From Eledone cirrhosa (taxonomy: Eukaryota), in contig OZ024745.1 of NCBI GenBank assembly GCA_964016885.1, forward strand, positions 64,170,001 through 64,234,000: a stretch of DNA of 64,000 nucleotides. Reading direction: 5' to 3'. The notes beneath the pieces were generated by a model that made no database searches, was not told the DNA's origin, and saw nothing but the letters and a program-made list of their open reading frames with translations. Within the stretch, counting starts at the first letter, position 1, and each line of letters opens with the position of its first letter. The position numbers and the translations under genes were made by a program. Below are positions 38,389-52,105 of this stretch, in pieces.

Positions 38389-38395
<7 letters not shown>
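37584..38395. mobile_element. (TA)n-flanked near-perfect 750-bp palindrome with HHRs, plus a unique 3' tail
   Basis: Arms 37584-37953 and 37962-38333, 8-nt loop, tail 38334-38395. Confidence 0.92.
38219..38256 (+). ncRNA. Minimal type I hammerhead, U3:A8 variant
   Basis: cctt-TTGAAAA-gcag aagaa ttgc-GAAA-ccgg-TA-aagg. Mirror copy at 37660-37697(-); third copy at 47459-47496. Confidence 0.8.
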
Positions 38396-38421
<26 letters not shown>

Positions 38422-38557
38422 CGACAGGTGCTTAAGTGATTCTTTAGATTTTTGTACTTTTCTATTGTTTTCTATGTCATCTATGGTTATTTTTTCTTAC
38501 TCTCTCGTTTTATTTACAATATGGGTACAGGCAACGCAGACATTATTTCACAATTAC

Positions 38558-38596
<39 letters not shown>

Positions 38597-38605
<9 letters not shown>

Positions 38606-39355
38606 CGTAAAATAAGAAAATTATAAAAAATTAACTTACTTACTAAAATTTTCACTCCAGCTAATTAGTTTCTGCAATGGGATAAAGACAGTTACGTAAT
38701 AAACTGTCGAGAATTCATTGCGTCATCAGGGAGTCTATTCTCAGCTAAGTCTCCAGGCAATGCGCGGACACTGGGGACTCATATAAAAATAATAATAATT
38801 CGGTAAATGGAACAGCTAGCGGCGACTGGATTCCATGCACTGAAAATCTCGCTGTCACTGGTCAAATGGCAGATTCTAAAGAATCAATCACGTGACACAG
38901 AGGCTAGTCGGTAGGAGTGGGATGGTAAGATGACAGAAGCCTACTAACACACCAAAAAATTAGTAGTGGTTTTGGCAGGTTTGCTCGACAAATAAGTAAT
39001 TTGGAGATAAATATAAAGAATTTAGTATATCTACTAACATATGCGTACAGATGTACGCTAATGCCAGCAAATACACAGGTTATGTCATAGTACCTAGGTG
39101 GTTCAATGCAGGAGGATGCAGAACAATAATATAAAAGACGTAAAATAAGAAAATTATAAAAAATTAACTTACTTACTAAAATTAAGGAGTGAACATTTTA
39201 GTAAGTAAGTTAATTTTTTATAATTTTCTTATTTTACGTCTTTTATATTATTGTTCTGCATCCTCCTGCATTGAACCACCTAGGTACTATGACATAACCT
39301 GTGTATTTGCTGGCATTAGCGTACATCTGTACGCATATGTTAGTAGATATACTAA

Positions 39356-39360
<5 letters not shown>
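38597..39360 (-). mobile_element. (TA)n-flanked HHR element: 533-nt unit with terminal direct repeat plus a 166-bp inverted arm
   Basis: Direct repeat 38597-38649 / 39130-39182. Inverted repeat 39017-39182 / 39195-39360. Confidence 0.9.
38654..38734 (-). ncRNA. Type I hammerhead with long stem II; position 16.1 mutated
   Basis: actcc-CTGATGA-c gcaatg..gacagtt..aactgtc..cattgc a-GAAA-ctaattag-CT-ggagt. Confidence 0.7.
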
Positions 39361-39393
<33 letters not shown>

Positions 39394-40049
39394 TGTGTGT
39401 GTGTGCATGTAATTTGATGAAATAAGATAATATACTATATTATTAGTATATCATTGCTTTAAAGAACAAAGAGAAATTTTAAATTTAATCAAAATCAATT
39501 TCAAAGAACCACTTTGTTCAAATAGCAGCTGGTACATAATTTAATCGATACCCCACATTCTGTCTTAGGTTTTTCACTTTCGGTTTTTAAATGTCATTTG
39601 TTATTCTAAAGAATTAAGTTCATTCTATGTGTGTTGTCACTTTGAAGATGAATATACGTCGGATTTAATCTTTGAAGAGTCAAGTAGGATATAGTAGCAT
39701 GAAAGCCTTTATTCTATAAATAGCAAGCAAATAATCCTGAAATAAAACCTCACCATCTTAAATAAATAAAAAATACGTTGACCAATGTAATTCCTGAAAA
39801 ACATTAAACCACGAGGTTATAGTCAAAACTTAGACATTTCATTATACGCCTGCTCGATGAAAGATGCCTGGTGCACAAACAAGGTAAAAAAAATCTTGCG
39901 ATGAGGTTCGTTATAGGTGGCCATACTATTAGTATTATTATAGTTTATTTTTATAAATCCCAGACACTTATATGTTAAACGGTCTGGATACGGTATGGGT
40001 ACAGTCAACAAGTTGACAAGAGGCCCTCACTACATTCTCTCCCGTGTCT

Positions 40050-41370
40050 TACATAGAAAAGACTTTCTTTAAACTCCTTGCTGCATTAAGAAGTGCTGTT
40101 AACTTACTTCAATTACGATTCTAATTCGACAATCCTCAAAACTGTCCAATTTGCATCCCAATCCTCCTGTCGCCACTACAATCATTAAACCCTTCTTCAT
40201 CCACAACAACTTTCCAACCGTCTCCTTCAGTGACTTATACCTCTCCTTCTTTTCGTACACTTCATTTGTCACTCTACTATCTCCCTGTGATAGAGGCAAC
40301 GATAGTTTGGGACTCTTTTTTTCTTCATGTTCACAACTAAAACGCCTGGCCTTCTCGCCTCAATCATTTTAATTTATTGAATGGTGAAGTCCTACAAAAG
40401 CTTAAATTCGCCATTCTCTAACACCCCTTCTGGTCTCTGCTTATACCATTTTGTTGCTCTGACAAACCCACATTTCTCAGATATCATCTAATGGATATAT
40501 CTGGCAACATTATCATGTCGTCTTTTCTAATCTCGCTGTGGCAACTTAACACATTCATTTACGATATGGCTGGCCATTTCTCCATTTGTTCCACGCATTC
40601 TACATAATGTTGATTTTATCGTTTTGTCAACACGATGTTTAGTTAGAAGAGCCTGCCCCTGGGTGCTGCATATCAGAGCTTCGATACATCCTTTCAGATC
40701 ACCATTTCTAAGCCTCGGCCAGTTGTATTCCCAATCAATACCTAATTTATCCCTGATGTACTGTCGAGCATAAGTTTATCCTTCCATTCCTCTTGAAGTT
40801 CTTTTTTCACTCCCTTCTTATATGCATTAGGTGCCACTGTATCAACGGATTTCTGTATATCGAAGTCTCTTACTTTTGACATGATGTTGCCCTTTAAATT
40901 TTAAAGGTACCAAGGTAGGTTGTTTTCGTCGCTTTTGACACAATTTTTACAACTCGTCTTCCTTATTTCTTTCTTCCAGCATGAAGTTTTGCAGCATCAC
41001 TTTTTGTGTGGATTTCTTTACGTCCTGTTATTATGTTCCTAGTTTTCAATACTTTCCAATTCATTCTTCTTCAATTTAATAACCTCTGGCTCATAGCACA
41101 TGAGAGACGCAGCCCATATATTCGTTGCCTTCATCTTATTTCTTCCATTCAATTTAGACATTATACGTCTCACCCACCAGAAGTATCCCTTTTATAACAT
41201 CTTCATTTCTTTCACATTGATCTACCATTTCTCTCCCATTTCTTTTAGAGTCAGGACATTTGCAAGCTCAAAGCCTCTACTCTTAATTAGTTTTCCACGT
41301 TTCAGCGTTACAACACCAAATTTTATGATTCGTAGCACTATCTTAAGATCCTGACTATTAAGGTTTACAG
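40050..41370 (-). mobile_element. R4/Dong-like (restriction-like endonuclease) non-LTR retrotransposon remnant
   Basis: Degenerate GDLKG.IEALIC..Q.QAL, HIVNECVKL...KRRHDNVARYIH, PEGVLEN.EFKLL*DF.IQ, IEARRP, GDSRV..EKKERY. Confidence 0.7.
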
Positions 41371-41967
41371 ATGTTAAGTTGTTAATTTCACCTCTATTTT
41401 CGTAAGTAGCTATAAATTATCCACGAATGACAGATGGTTGATTTTAATACTATCTAGCACATATCGCGTTTTCACTTTTCTAAGGACTTAGGTCAGGGGG
41501 ATCATGCAGATGCATGCAAATAAGAATGGTGATAAACTGTCTCCATGAAATATACGCCTTCGTATGTTAACAGAGCCCAACTGTTCCCCACAGGAATTAA
41601 TTCTTTTTTTTTCTAACTGGCCATCAATCTTTCTATTAACCTAATTACATTGCCTGGCATTTGAGCAAATTTCAGACACTAATATCCAGCTGTGAGGGAC
41701 AATGCCGTAGGTTTTTTTTATATTTCAGCCATGCCATGGCTAAGTTCTTGAACCGCTTTTTACAATCTGCAAGGATTGTTTTATCAATCAGCAGTTGATC
41801 ATTTGTACCCCTGCTGTCGTTTTTGCACCCTTATTGTTCTTCCGGTAGCATTTCATTCTCCACAAGGAATTTATACATGGTCTCCGTGATGATTCCAGTC
41901 ATTAGTTTCCACATTTATGGCAAGCAATGTATGGATCTAAAATTAGCTACAACATTGCTTTCAGCAG

Positions 41968-44061
41968 GGACCGTCGGGATTTGGTTGGGGAGGCGCAAAC
42001 TTGCGCAATCCCAACCAGGTCCATACACGACAACCTCCACCTAATGCGATACATCATAGAGTGTGGTAGGGTGTAAACCTGGCTTCGGTGGGGCTCTGAT
42101 CAATTTAGATCAATCGAAAGCATTCGATAGGGTCGACCATCGGTACCTGGAGGCTGTCCTCAAGGCGGCTGGCTTCGGCCCCGTCTTCAGAAGCTGGATC
42201 GCTGCAATGCACAGCGGCACCTGCTCGATGGTCAAAATTAATGGCTACCTCTCGGAACCGTTTCAGGTCTCCCGATCGGTCCGTCAAGGGTGCCCTCTCT
42301 CCTCCCTTCTGTACGTATTCTCGAGCCTTTACTGCGGAAGCTGGAGCTGTTGCAGGGCATCCCGCTCGAACCGGGACGCGGAAAGGCTGTGTCAGCTTAT
42401 GCGGACGACATCACCGTGATGGTGTCGGACACCTCAGAAATCGAGGTGGTCGGCAACTTATTGGAGGAATATGAAAGGTTGACGGGAGCAAAACTTAACC
42501 CGGAAAAGTCAGTAGGCTTGCAACTCGGCACCTGGAGAGGCAAGTCCATGCCGTCCAACAGCGTCGTTAGGCGCTGGACGGACGGACTTGTAAAATTGCT
42601 AGGGGTTTGGTTCGGGCCAGACCTCCAGGTGGATAAGAATTGGGACGAGGTGACGAGCAGGGTAGTCAGTCTCACCCAGAAATGGGCTGGGATGAAGCTA
42701 TCACTGAAAGGTCGGGCGGAGGTGGCGAACGCGTACATCGCGTCCGTTATCTACTACCGTCTGACTGTCGTCCCTTGCCCCCGTTCGCGCCTCGCCATCT
42801 TGGAGCGGCTCCTCTTCAAATTCTTGTGGAGGGGTCAGGTTCCGCTGGTGAGGCGGTCCATCTGCTGCCAGCACCCTTTACGTGGAGGGCTGGGCATGCT
42901 GTGGCTAATGATGCGCAGGCACGCGCTGAGGCTGCGGCATCTCCAGATATTCTGCCTAAACGGTGAACAGGTGTGGTCGCCGTTTGTCAGACGGGCCTTT
43001 CCGCAGCTCGTTTCTTTGACTGAATTGCAGTCCTGGGTCAAGAAGAGACCGAGACTGGGTGACTGGCATCTGGAATGTTGCCAGGCACTCACTGCCCTCT
43101 ACTAGGCGGGCAATGCGGTCAGTGGAACTTCCACTCTCGAGTTCTATAGAGGATTAGTGGTGGGCAAGTGCGACGACGCACTCGGAGAGGCTCTGGGGGT
43201 CAACGAAGTCGAACTAACCAGTCTGTACCGGAGGACTTTCGAGCCGGGGCCGATGGATAATTTCCAAAAATCCCTCGCTTGGCAGTGCTACCGGGGGGCA
43301 CTGCCGGTTCGAGATAAACTCTACAGGCACGGAAGTGTTGTCAGACGGACTTGCCCGAGATGCGCGCAGAGCGACGAAACCGTTCTGCACGCACTCGTCC
43401 AGTGTCCGTGCATTACTGACTTGTGGAGTTATGTTGAACAGCTGTTGTCGCGTGTAGAACGGATCCGGCTATCGGCCGAGTCCATAGTGAAGATCGACCC
43501 GCCACCTTCTTTTGGCCAGGAAGGGCAGGCAATTTTCCTCTGTCTGGTGGCAGTAGCGAAAGAGGTTGTATGGTGGACGAGGTTGAAAGGACTGAAGACA
43601 GACACTTTTCTCTTCGGCCAATCCCTCATCAACTTTTTCAAGTTTCACTTGGAAAGGAAGGTGAGGGTGGAGAGAGAAGTGCTGCCCCCCAGTACATTTG
43701 CTGAAAGGTGGGTGAATGTGGCGAGAATGGCCCGTGTGAGTGGGCCTACTCTGGTCATGCGGCTGTAGGTAGGTAAATTTGAAGAGGAGAGGAGTGCCCT
43801 TCCGGGGTGCTCTCGAAGCGTCGGGTCGTTCAGGACTGGTGGGGTACCTGAGCGAACCGTAGGTGGTCATCCCCCCTATTGGGGAATTTTTTTCTTGTTG
43901 TAATTTTATTGTTACTTTACTGTTACTTTGTTATTGTTACTTTGTTTATTCATATTGTTTACTCGATTTTTCTGTTAAACCCCACTGTCCCAGTCTTTTG
44001 TATTGTCCCCTATATGTCGGCCCCTGTGGCCAATAAATGAAATCATTATTATTATTATTAT

Positions 44062-44063
<2 letters not shown>
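41968..44063 (+). mobile_element. 5'-truncated Tx1/L1-clade LINE (RT and C-terminal Cys-rich region), with AATAAA and (ATT)n tail
   Basis: LDQSKAFDRVDH, VRQGCPLS, AYADDI, GGLG, CPRC..ETVLHAL..C. One frameshift near 42320 and a stop at 43103. Confidence 0.92.
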
Positions 44064-44093
<30 letters not shown>

Positions 44094-44095
44094 AC

Positions 44096-44145
<50 letters not shown>

Positions 44146-44365
44146 GAGTAGTAGTAGTAGTAGTAGTAGTAGCAGTAGCAGCAGTAGAAGTAGTAGCAGC
44201 AGTAGTAGTCGAGCGAGTAGTCACAGTAATAGGAACGATAGGTATAAATAGGTATCAATTGTAGTTGTAGTTGCGGTTACTAGTGCTTGTTGAAATACCA
44301 GTAACAACAATAGCAAACAGTAGCATCAAAAGCAGCAACAACAATAGCAGCAGTAGCGAAAGTAA

Positions 44366-44441
<76 letters not shown>
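44064..44441. repeat. (TAG)n/(CAG)n trinucleotide microsatellite region
   Basis: Directly visible. Confidence 0.95.
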
Positions 44442-44442
<1 letters not shown>

Positions 44443-44872
44443 TTTTTCAATAGTCTTTAACAGCAGATATGTTAATGGTTTTGTTTTGATTTTGTTTGCT
44501 CTAAAAAGCATTTAAAATGAAACTTAGAATGATGATCAGCGTGTTGTCAAGGACAAATAATAGCAATCCAAACAAAATGGAGCCATTTCCGCTTTATAAA
44601 TTTTTAAAGTAGAATAATATCGGATTGACAAACATAATTGTTTTGTTCTTATACGCCTGCATACACACACACACACGCCCCCCCCCCCCCCACACACGCG
44701 CACCCCCCCCCCACAAATACGCGCATATATATAGTCGGTATGGAAAATGCAATCGTGAAATACAGAGATAAGCATCAGCTTAGCAAAAATGAAGATGTAT
44801 GTTTGTGCGTGATATATATAAGCATAAAAGCGTATATACGCATTATACGTATATACGTATATAAGCATATAC

Positions 44873-44916
<44 letters not shown>

Positions 44917-45564
44917 CATGTGAAAAATGTTGAAACATGAAGTTAGTAAAGTTATGCTAGCAATTTGCTCAATGCCGTTCAACAACAGTACAGGGAACAA
45001 ATCTATTTATCAAGGTATAATCCTAATGGAACCAATAATTAAACTTTGGGGAAACGAATCTGGGATACTGTACGAATACAGCTGCACTGAGCATCTAAAT
45101 AATTGTACATAATACTCGATTACTGATGCAGAATTCTAGGACATTTTATTAGTCATACGCATGATTAAACAAGAGGAAATATGAAATGAGGAAATGGCAA
45201 GAATTTCGCTAAAGCTGAACTTTAGAAAACAGAAATAAATCCATACTAAAGTTTAAGCATTACTTGGATTAATTTTCCTTAACATTTAATGTTGATGTGA
45301 TGCTCGGATGATTTTCTCCAGGAGTCCTAATTTTCCTAATTTTCTTGTCTCTTAGGGTATATTTGCAATGGAGAGAGCACAACTTGTCCATTATTACAAC
45401 AATTATAACTTTCATTTCTGGGCTGACCAGCGCGTGGGCTCCCATTTGCTCATAATAGAGAGAGAGATGGGAGAGACGGAGGCAGTGAAAGTGAGAGTTT
45501 GATTCCATTATGTTCGGTCCTTTAATTGTCAGTAGACTATTCTTCTCAAAGAATATTGCTTTAA

Positions 45565-46409
45565 CTACAATTTCAAAGCTTCGCAATAATCACACAAAAC
45601 ATTCATATCATCAAAACGGAATTCTTCTACGTTAGCATTAATATTAATTGATGGGCAATTTCTCTTAAGACGCACATTATGCATTCTATTCTGTCTGAAA
45701 ATGTGCAGCTCTTCAGTATTCATATTTTCTATCCTAAGTCTATGCGCCTTTCTCTGCTGCTCGATAAAATGTGTTCGTTCATTATTATGGATATGATCTC
45801 TCCTTTTCTGTTGTCTTAGTCTATCATGCTCCAAATGTTCTGGACGCTCTTCTTGTTGCATATTATCTCTTCTTTTTTGTTGTCTGAGTCTTTGTTCCTC
45901 TAAATATTCTTGACGTTCATATTGAAGCATATTATCTCTTCTTTCATGAGAAGGGCAGGGAATTGGCAGTATCGGTAGAGAGTCGGACGCCATGCTTTCT
46001 AGCATGGTTACGTCCCTTTACAGTCTGAGTTCAAATCCCACCGAGGTTAACTTTGCCTTTCATCCTTACGGGGGTCGATAAAATAAAGTACCAGTAATGT
46101 ACTGGGTAATTTGCTGGCCTTGTGCCTAAAGTAGAAACAATTATCTCTTCTTTCATGTTGCCTTAGTCTATCTTACTTTAGATATTCTAGAAGTTCTTCT
46201 AATTGCATATTATTTCTGGTCTCCAGTTGTCTTAGTTTAACTTGCTTTAAAACGATATTCCGCTGTTCATCACTCATTTCCACATGTCTCTGATGGTGTG
46301 GGCTTTTTTCTCTTTCTATTATTTCTTCTCACCATTCCTGTCTGATCAGTTCTCTATATCTGAGCATCCTTTCTCCTGCAGCTTGCAACCGTCTTTCTTT
46401 TGAATCCAT
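45565..46409 (-). mobile_element. Helitron Rep-helicase N-terminal remnant interrupted by a SINE
   Basis: After removing the SINE: MDSKERRLQAA, then about 23-aa R/E/Q repeats (LEHDRLRQQKRRD), then VEEF.F.DMNVLCDYCEALK. Contains in-frame stops. Confidence 0.65.
45949..46139 (+). mobile_element. tRNA-derived core SINE with an 18-bp target-site duplication
   Basis: attatctcttctttcatg at 45931-45948 and 46140-46157. Confidence 0.88.
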
Positions 46410-46867
46410 AGTTTTTATAGTTGTAAGTCTGTCTGTCTATCTATATTATTGTTTTAAAGACTTAATATATAGGTGTAAAGAAATACAATTCTTAACACTT
46501 CAATACATAATAAATATTCACTTGGTATTATTTAAAATTAGGCGACAAATTGTCAGAGCCGTTAGAATGTCTGATAGAGTGCATTGCACCATTCGTTCCG
46601 ACTTTCTGCTCTCTGAGTACAAATCCCACTGAGGTCAACTTTGGCTTTTATCCATTTGTGGTCGATAAAAAACGTACCAGTCAAGTACTGGAGTCGATCT
46701 TTCCTCTCTACCTCTTTCTCATATCCTTTCTTGCAAGAAATCTACTGTATTTAGACACCTGGAGAGGAGATGGGCTCCACCAGGTTTTCAAATGCCCTTG
46801 AAACGCGGTATGTTTGTGGAAAGAAATATTATTCTAAACACTTCAAAACATATAAGTATTCACAAAA

Positions 46868-46979
<112 letters not shown>

Positions 46980-47177
46980 GAAGAAAGGTGAGATTTAAAG
47001 TGACTAAAAAGATAAATAAAAATTATCATCCTACAAAAGATATTTGCCCCTCTTCAGTCATTGTACAGCTGTACACGCCCACCTCTCTCTCTCACTTACT
47101 CCACCTCCTCTCGCTACTAACTAAAGCGTAACGCTTGAACGAACGAACTAGCAGAATTATTATATATATATATATAT

Positions 47178-47360
47178 ATAGGAACGAGTAGGACCCCGAC
47201 GGCTGAGCTCAAGCCGTTTCGAAACAGTCGAAATGGCTTGAGCTCAGCCGTCGGAGTCCTACTCGTTCCTATTACCCACTCTACTACCCTAAGTATTGAG
47301 TACTTTGGTGCGTTATGGTCCACCCGGTTCCTTACCACATTCCTTACCACATTTCTTCCG

Positions 47361-47362
<2 letters not shown>
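47178..47362 (+). mobile_element. (TA)n-flanked element with a 45-bp fold-back and the 3' half of a hammerhead
   Basis: Arms 47178-47222 / 47228-47272. GAAA-cggct tgagctc agccg-TC. Same family and same 3' end as 5328-5501. Confidence 0.8.
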
Positions 47363-47419
<57 letters not shown>

Positions 47420-47421
<2 letters not shown>

Positions 47422-47625
47422 AATGTGAGAAAAACTACAAACCCTCCATCTCAATTCTACTTTTGAAAAGCACAAGAACTGCGAAATCGGTAAAGGAACC
47501 AAATAAATATATTTAAATATATTTAAAAAAAGACTCCAGTTGCATTATAGATTTCAACTTTTTTCCTTATACTTTCACTCGTGTAGGACACCTCGTTTTT
47601 TTTTCCTTTTGTAAAAAAACCTCAC

Positions 47626-47632
<7 letters not shown>
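47420..47632 (+). mobile_element. 5'-truncated copy of the U3:A8 HHR element, between TA tracts
   Basis: Aligns to 38180-38395 and ends identically in ctcactttctaa(ta)n. Confidence 0.88.
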
Positions 47633-47668
<36 letters not shown>

Positions 47669-47906
47669 AATAAAGATTCAGCGAGAATCGCATTTTCGAC
47701 GGGCAGTAAAAGCGAAGCGAAACGCAAAAATCAGAAATGATACTGGCAAAGTGCTCAATAGTTAAAAACCAGAGCTAAACAATGTGTTAAGAAGCCATAC
47801 AAAACTGAAAAGGTGGTCAAGAAAGCATTAACCATCCAAGCCAAAAACCAAATCAAGCTAAACAGGCCAAAACAAAATAAATGATAAAAAATAATATATA
47901 TATATA

Positions 47907-48524
<618 letters not shown>

Positions 48525-49170
48525 CACTCCGCTACTATTATGCATTTTTAATTTTTCTGCCTTCGTTTAGGGAACACGTTAAAATTATCTGGCTTGGAAT
48601 AGTATCATGTTAATTACAAAAGAGAAAAGGGTATTTTAATATGCGTTCATGCATATGTCTTAACCTGGAGTCTAATATGGTTCAGCTTAATTAGATGACT
48701 AAAGCGATATGCATCCAGATGGCATGAAGGGCTTTGAAGATATGGGACATGTAAAACGACATTTAAATCCTCACAGAAATCGGCTCCAGCTCAGAGCGCA
48801 ATAGCGATATGGATCTCATCCAGCCTGAGTAAGCAACCGATGTTGATCATGGACAAAGCATCAAACCAGTCCCACGAGAATGTTAACTACACATGCATAC
48901 ATCTATATTAAATGTACAAATGAGTATCATATACATGAGTGAGATAGAGGCTGAGGAGAGAGATACGAAAACACGTCAGCAATAATCATAAATCGATGCG
49001 ATCTATATATTATCTATGTTGATATAAAACTACGTGCATGTTATGTCAGAATATAACAATCAATGATTGATCGAAATAAATTTCGCTTTGAATGACGACA
49101 TTCTTTAACAATGTTTATCAAGTATGCTTTAGACTTATCCTGACACTAATGGGAAACTTGATCAATAATT

Positions 49171-49347
49171 GTTTCTACTTTTGGCACAAGGCCAGCAATT
49201 ACCATAGTGTATTACTGGTACTTTATTTTATCGACCCCCGTAAGGATGAAAGGCAAAGTTAACGTCGGCGGGATATGAACTCAGACCATAAAGGGCTGCA
49301 AAGCATGGCGTCCAACCCTCTACCGATACTGCCAATCCACCGCCTTC
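49171..49347 (-). mobile_element. tRNA-derived core SINE with a 10-bp TSD
   Basis: atcaataatt at 49161-49170 and 49348-49357. Confidence 0.85.
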
Positions 49348-49539
49348 ATCAATAATTATTGTTTTCATGTAGATGATCATCGTGGTAATTTTTCACTCTT
49401 TTTATATACGTACACACATGAATGCATACAAACATACATAGACACATACATATACGCATGCATACTTACACACATACATATGTCACATACATACACACGC
49501 ATATATACATCAATGTAAATGTTTATATTGATATTTGTG

Positions 49540-51035
49540 GCGGTTTGATAAATTTAGATTTAGAGAAACCAAGACTCTCTCAGGATGTTAGAGTGCTGTG
49601 AATAGCCTATAATGGCAGCTGAGATAACGATGTGTAGACACATATGCTGTGGCTGGGACATCTACAGGCGTATCTCAATGATAAGCTGGTGGGTTAGCTG
49701 CTTGTCAGGAAAAGGTTTCCACCTATGGTGAAGGTGCAGTCCTGGATTAAGTGAAGATCAGAAGTGCGAGAATGCACCAGAAATGTTGTAATGTGCTCAC
49801 AGTCATCTACCAGTTGATAAATTTAATAGTTGAGGAATTTATTGGCGGAAAGTAGAGACAACTTTCTCAAGGAGTCTATGGATGAGTTATCAAAATCCTT
49901 TGCTTAGGAGTGTTGCCAGAACAGGGAGCATTATCAGTTCGAGATAACCAAAGTAGTACTTTCAGTCGATCACGGTGTGCCCTAAGCGATGAAGCAGACT
50001 TTCTGCATTGTCCGATGATTACAGATCTGCAGAGTTTTGTCGATCAGCTATTGTCAGCTGCACGGTAGATTAGACTATCGGCCGAGTCCACCGTGCACAT
50101 TGTTCCCCACATACTTTTGGCGAGGAAGGGTAGGGATTTGTCGTCCATCTGTTGACTATAAAGAAAAAGACATTCTGGAGGACAAGATTGTAATGATTAA
50201 GGAAAGACCTTTTCTTTTTCGGTAAATCCGTCTCCAAATTATTCAAATAGCATGTGATGAGAAATGTGAAGTCGGAGAGTGAAGTATTGCCCTCTAGTAT
50301 ATTGTATTCTAGTATATTTTCTGAAAGATGGATGGGATGGAAATGAAAGTACGTAGCATGCACCTGTCGGCCGGAGAACACATCTTGAGGGGAGGCACGA
50401 AGAGTCCAAGACTGGGAGCATGGCATCTGGAATATTGCCAGGTGCTCACTGCTCTCTACCGAGTGGGTAATGCGGTCAGTGGAATTTCAACTCTAGAGTT
50501 CTATATGGGATTAGTGGTGGGCAAGTGCGACGACGCTCGGGGAAAGACTTTGGGTGTCGACGGAAATCAAACAGAGCAGTCTGTCCCGGAGGACTTTCGA
50601 ACAGGGGTCTATGGATAAAATCTAGAAATCCTTCGCTTGGCAGTGTTGCCGGGTGGCACTGCCAGTTCAAGATAAACTCTACAGGCACGGAAGTGCGGCC
50701 AAATGGACCTACTCCGAGATGCACGGATGGCGATGAAATCGTTGTGCACGCACATCCGTGCATTACTGACTGATGGGGGTAATGTCGAAAAGTTGTGATC
50801 GCATGTAGTATGGATACGGCTACCAACCGAGTCCATCGTGTTGGTCGCCCAGAGCCTTTTTTTGGCTGGTAGACGAGGCTGAAAGTACTGAAGACAGACA
50901 CTTTTCTCTTCGGTCAATCCGTCATCAATGTTTTCAAGTTTCACTTTTTTATAACATCCAACTATCCTTGTCGTTTATTGGTATATGTCGGGTCTTGTGG
51001 CCGAGAAAAAAATTATTATCATCATTATGATTATT
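49540..51035 (+). mobile_element. Two tandem decayed Tx1/L1 3' fragments
   Basis: 50395-50945 aligns with 43035-43650. 49540-50340 is an older copy of the same region. Confidence 0.8.
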
Positions 51036-51991
51036 ATTCCTAGTGGGTAATTGCTGGCCTTGTGCTAAAAGTAGAAACATTTATTATTATTATTATTGTT
51101 ATTATTATAAGGTTAGCTTTGCCTACCATCCTCACGAGGTCGATAAAATAAAACAGCAGTAATGCACTGGGGTCGATTTAATCGACTTTCCCCTCCCCAA
51201 AATTGCTGGTCTTGTGCCTATAGTAGAAATCATTACTATTATCGGCTAGTAGAATTGTTACGGATAAAATGTTTTGTGTTTATTTTTATGTATCCATTTA
51301 CACCCGTAGTTAAAATTCCACTGGAGTTGCCTTTTTTGACAAGACAGGGGAAAGTTCGGAAATAAAGGAAGGCTAGCTTTGGCATTGAACAACAAACTAC
51401 ATTTATCATTGTACGGCTGTTGTATACAGAAAAACCAATGTCACGACACATTTGTTCATACAACTAAAATAGTGATTCATATTCGAATAAAAATAATGTT
51501 AAATCAAAATTATGTGTAGGTGTATGGTATTTACAGCGTCAGTAACAACACATTAGATGCACAGAATTTGTCATGTGAGAATAATCTCTACAAGTGTAAA
51601 TATAAATCATTTCTCTCAGCTGTTATACAGAAAGTTACATCGTTAAATCCCACTTTCCGAAACACCTGACTAGGCTATGGTTATTTATGATTCTGACAGG
51701 AACACTGGCATTTCAGGAAGCACGCAAATAAAACAAACATAACAATAACTGCATTGTACAAACCAAGGATTCTCAATTCGGAGATGTGTTAGAAAGACCA
51801 GTAAAATTTCCATTAAATGATCATCTTGTATTCGAAATAAATGAATAAATAAATCAGAAGAACAGATGGTATTGCGTAGTAGGAAACATGGCCGCGACTG
51901 GTATGCTGTTCATAGGTTTTCTAAATCTCAGTGCTGATCTGAAGTTAAACAACAATGCAAGCATTTACATATGCACACCGACATGAATAAT

Positions 51992-51992
51992 A

Positions 51993-52032
<40 letters not shown>

Positions 52033-52033
52033 G

Positions 52034-52080
<47 letters not shown>

Positions 52081-52105
52081 CATCTATCTATCTATCTATC
52101 TATCT
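51992..52105. repeat. (TATC)n microsatellite
   Basis: Directly visible. A second (TATC)n tract lies at 58553-58597. Confidence 0.97.

Noticed and set aside
43946-44453. Poly-S/T/V/Y ORFs
   Set aside because: Translations of a trinucleotide microsatellite.
45565-46005. 146-aa coiled-coil ORF as a host gene
   Set aside because: Its start lies in a SINE, the natural frame has stops, and the motifs fit a Helitron N-terminus.
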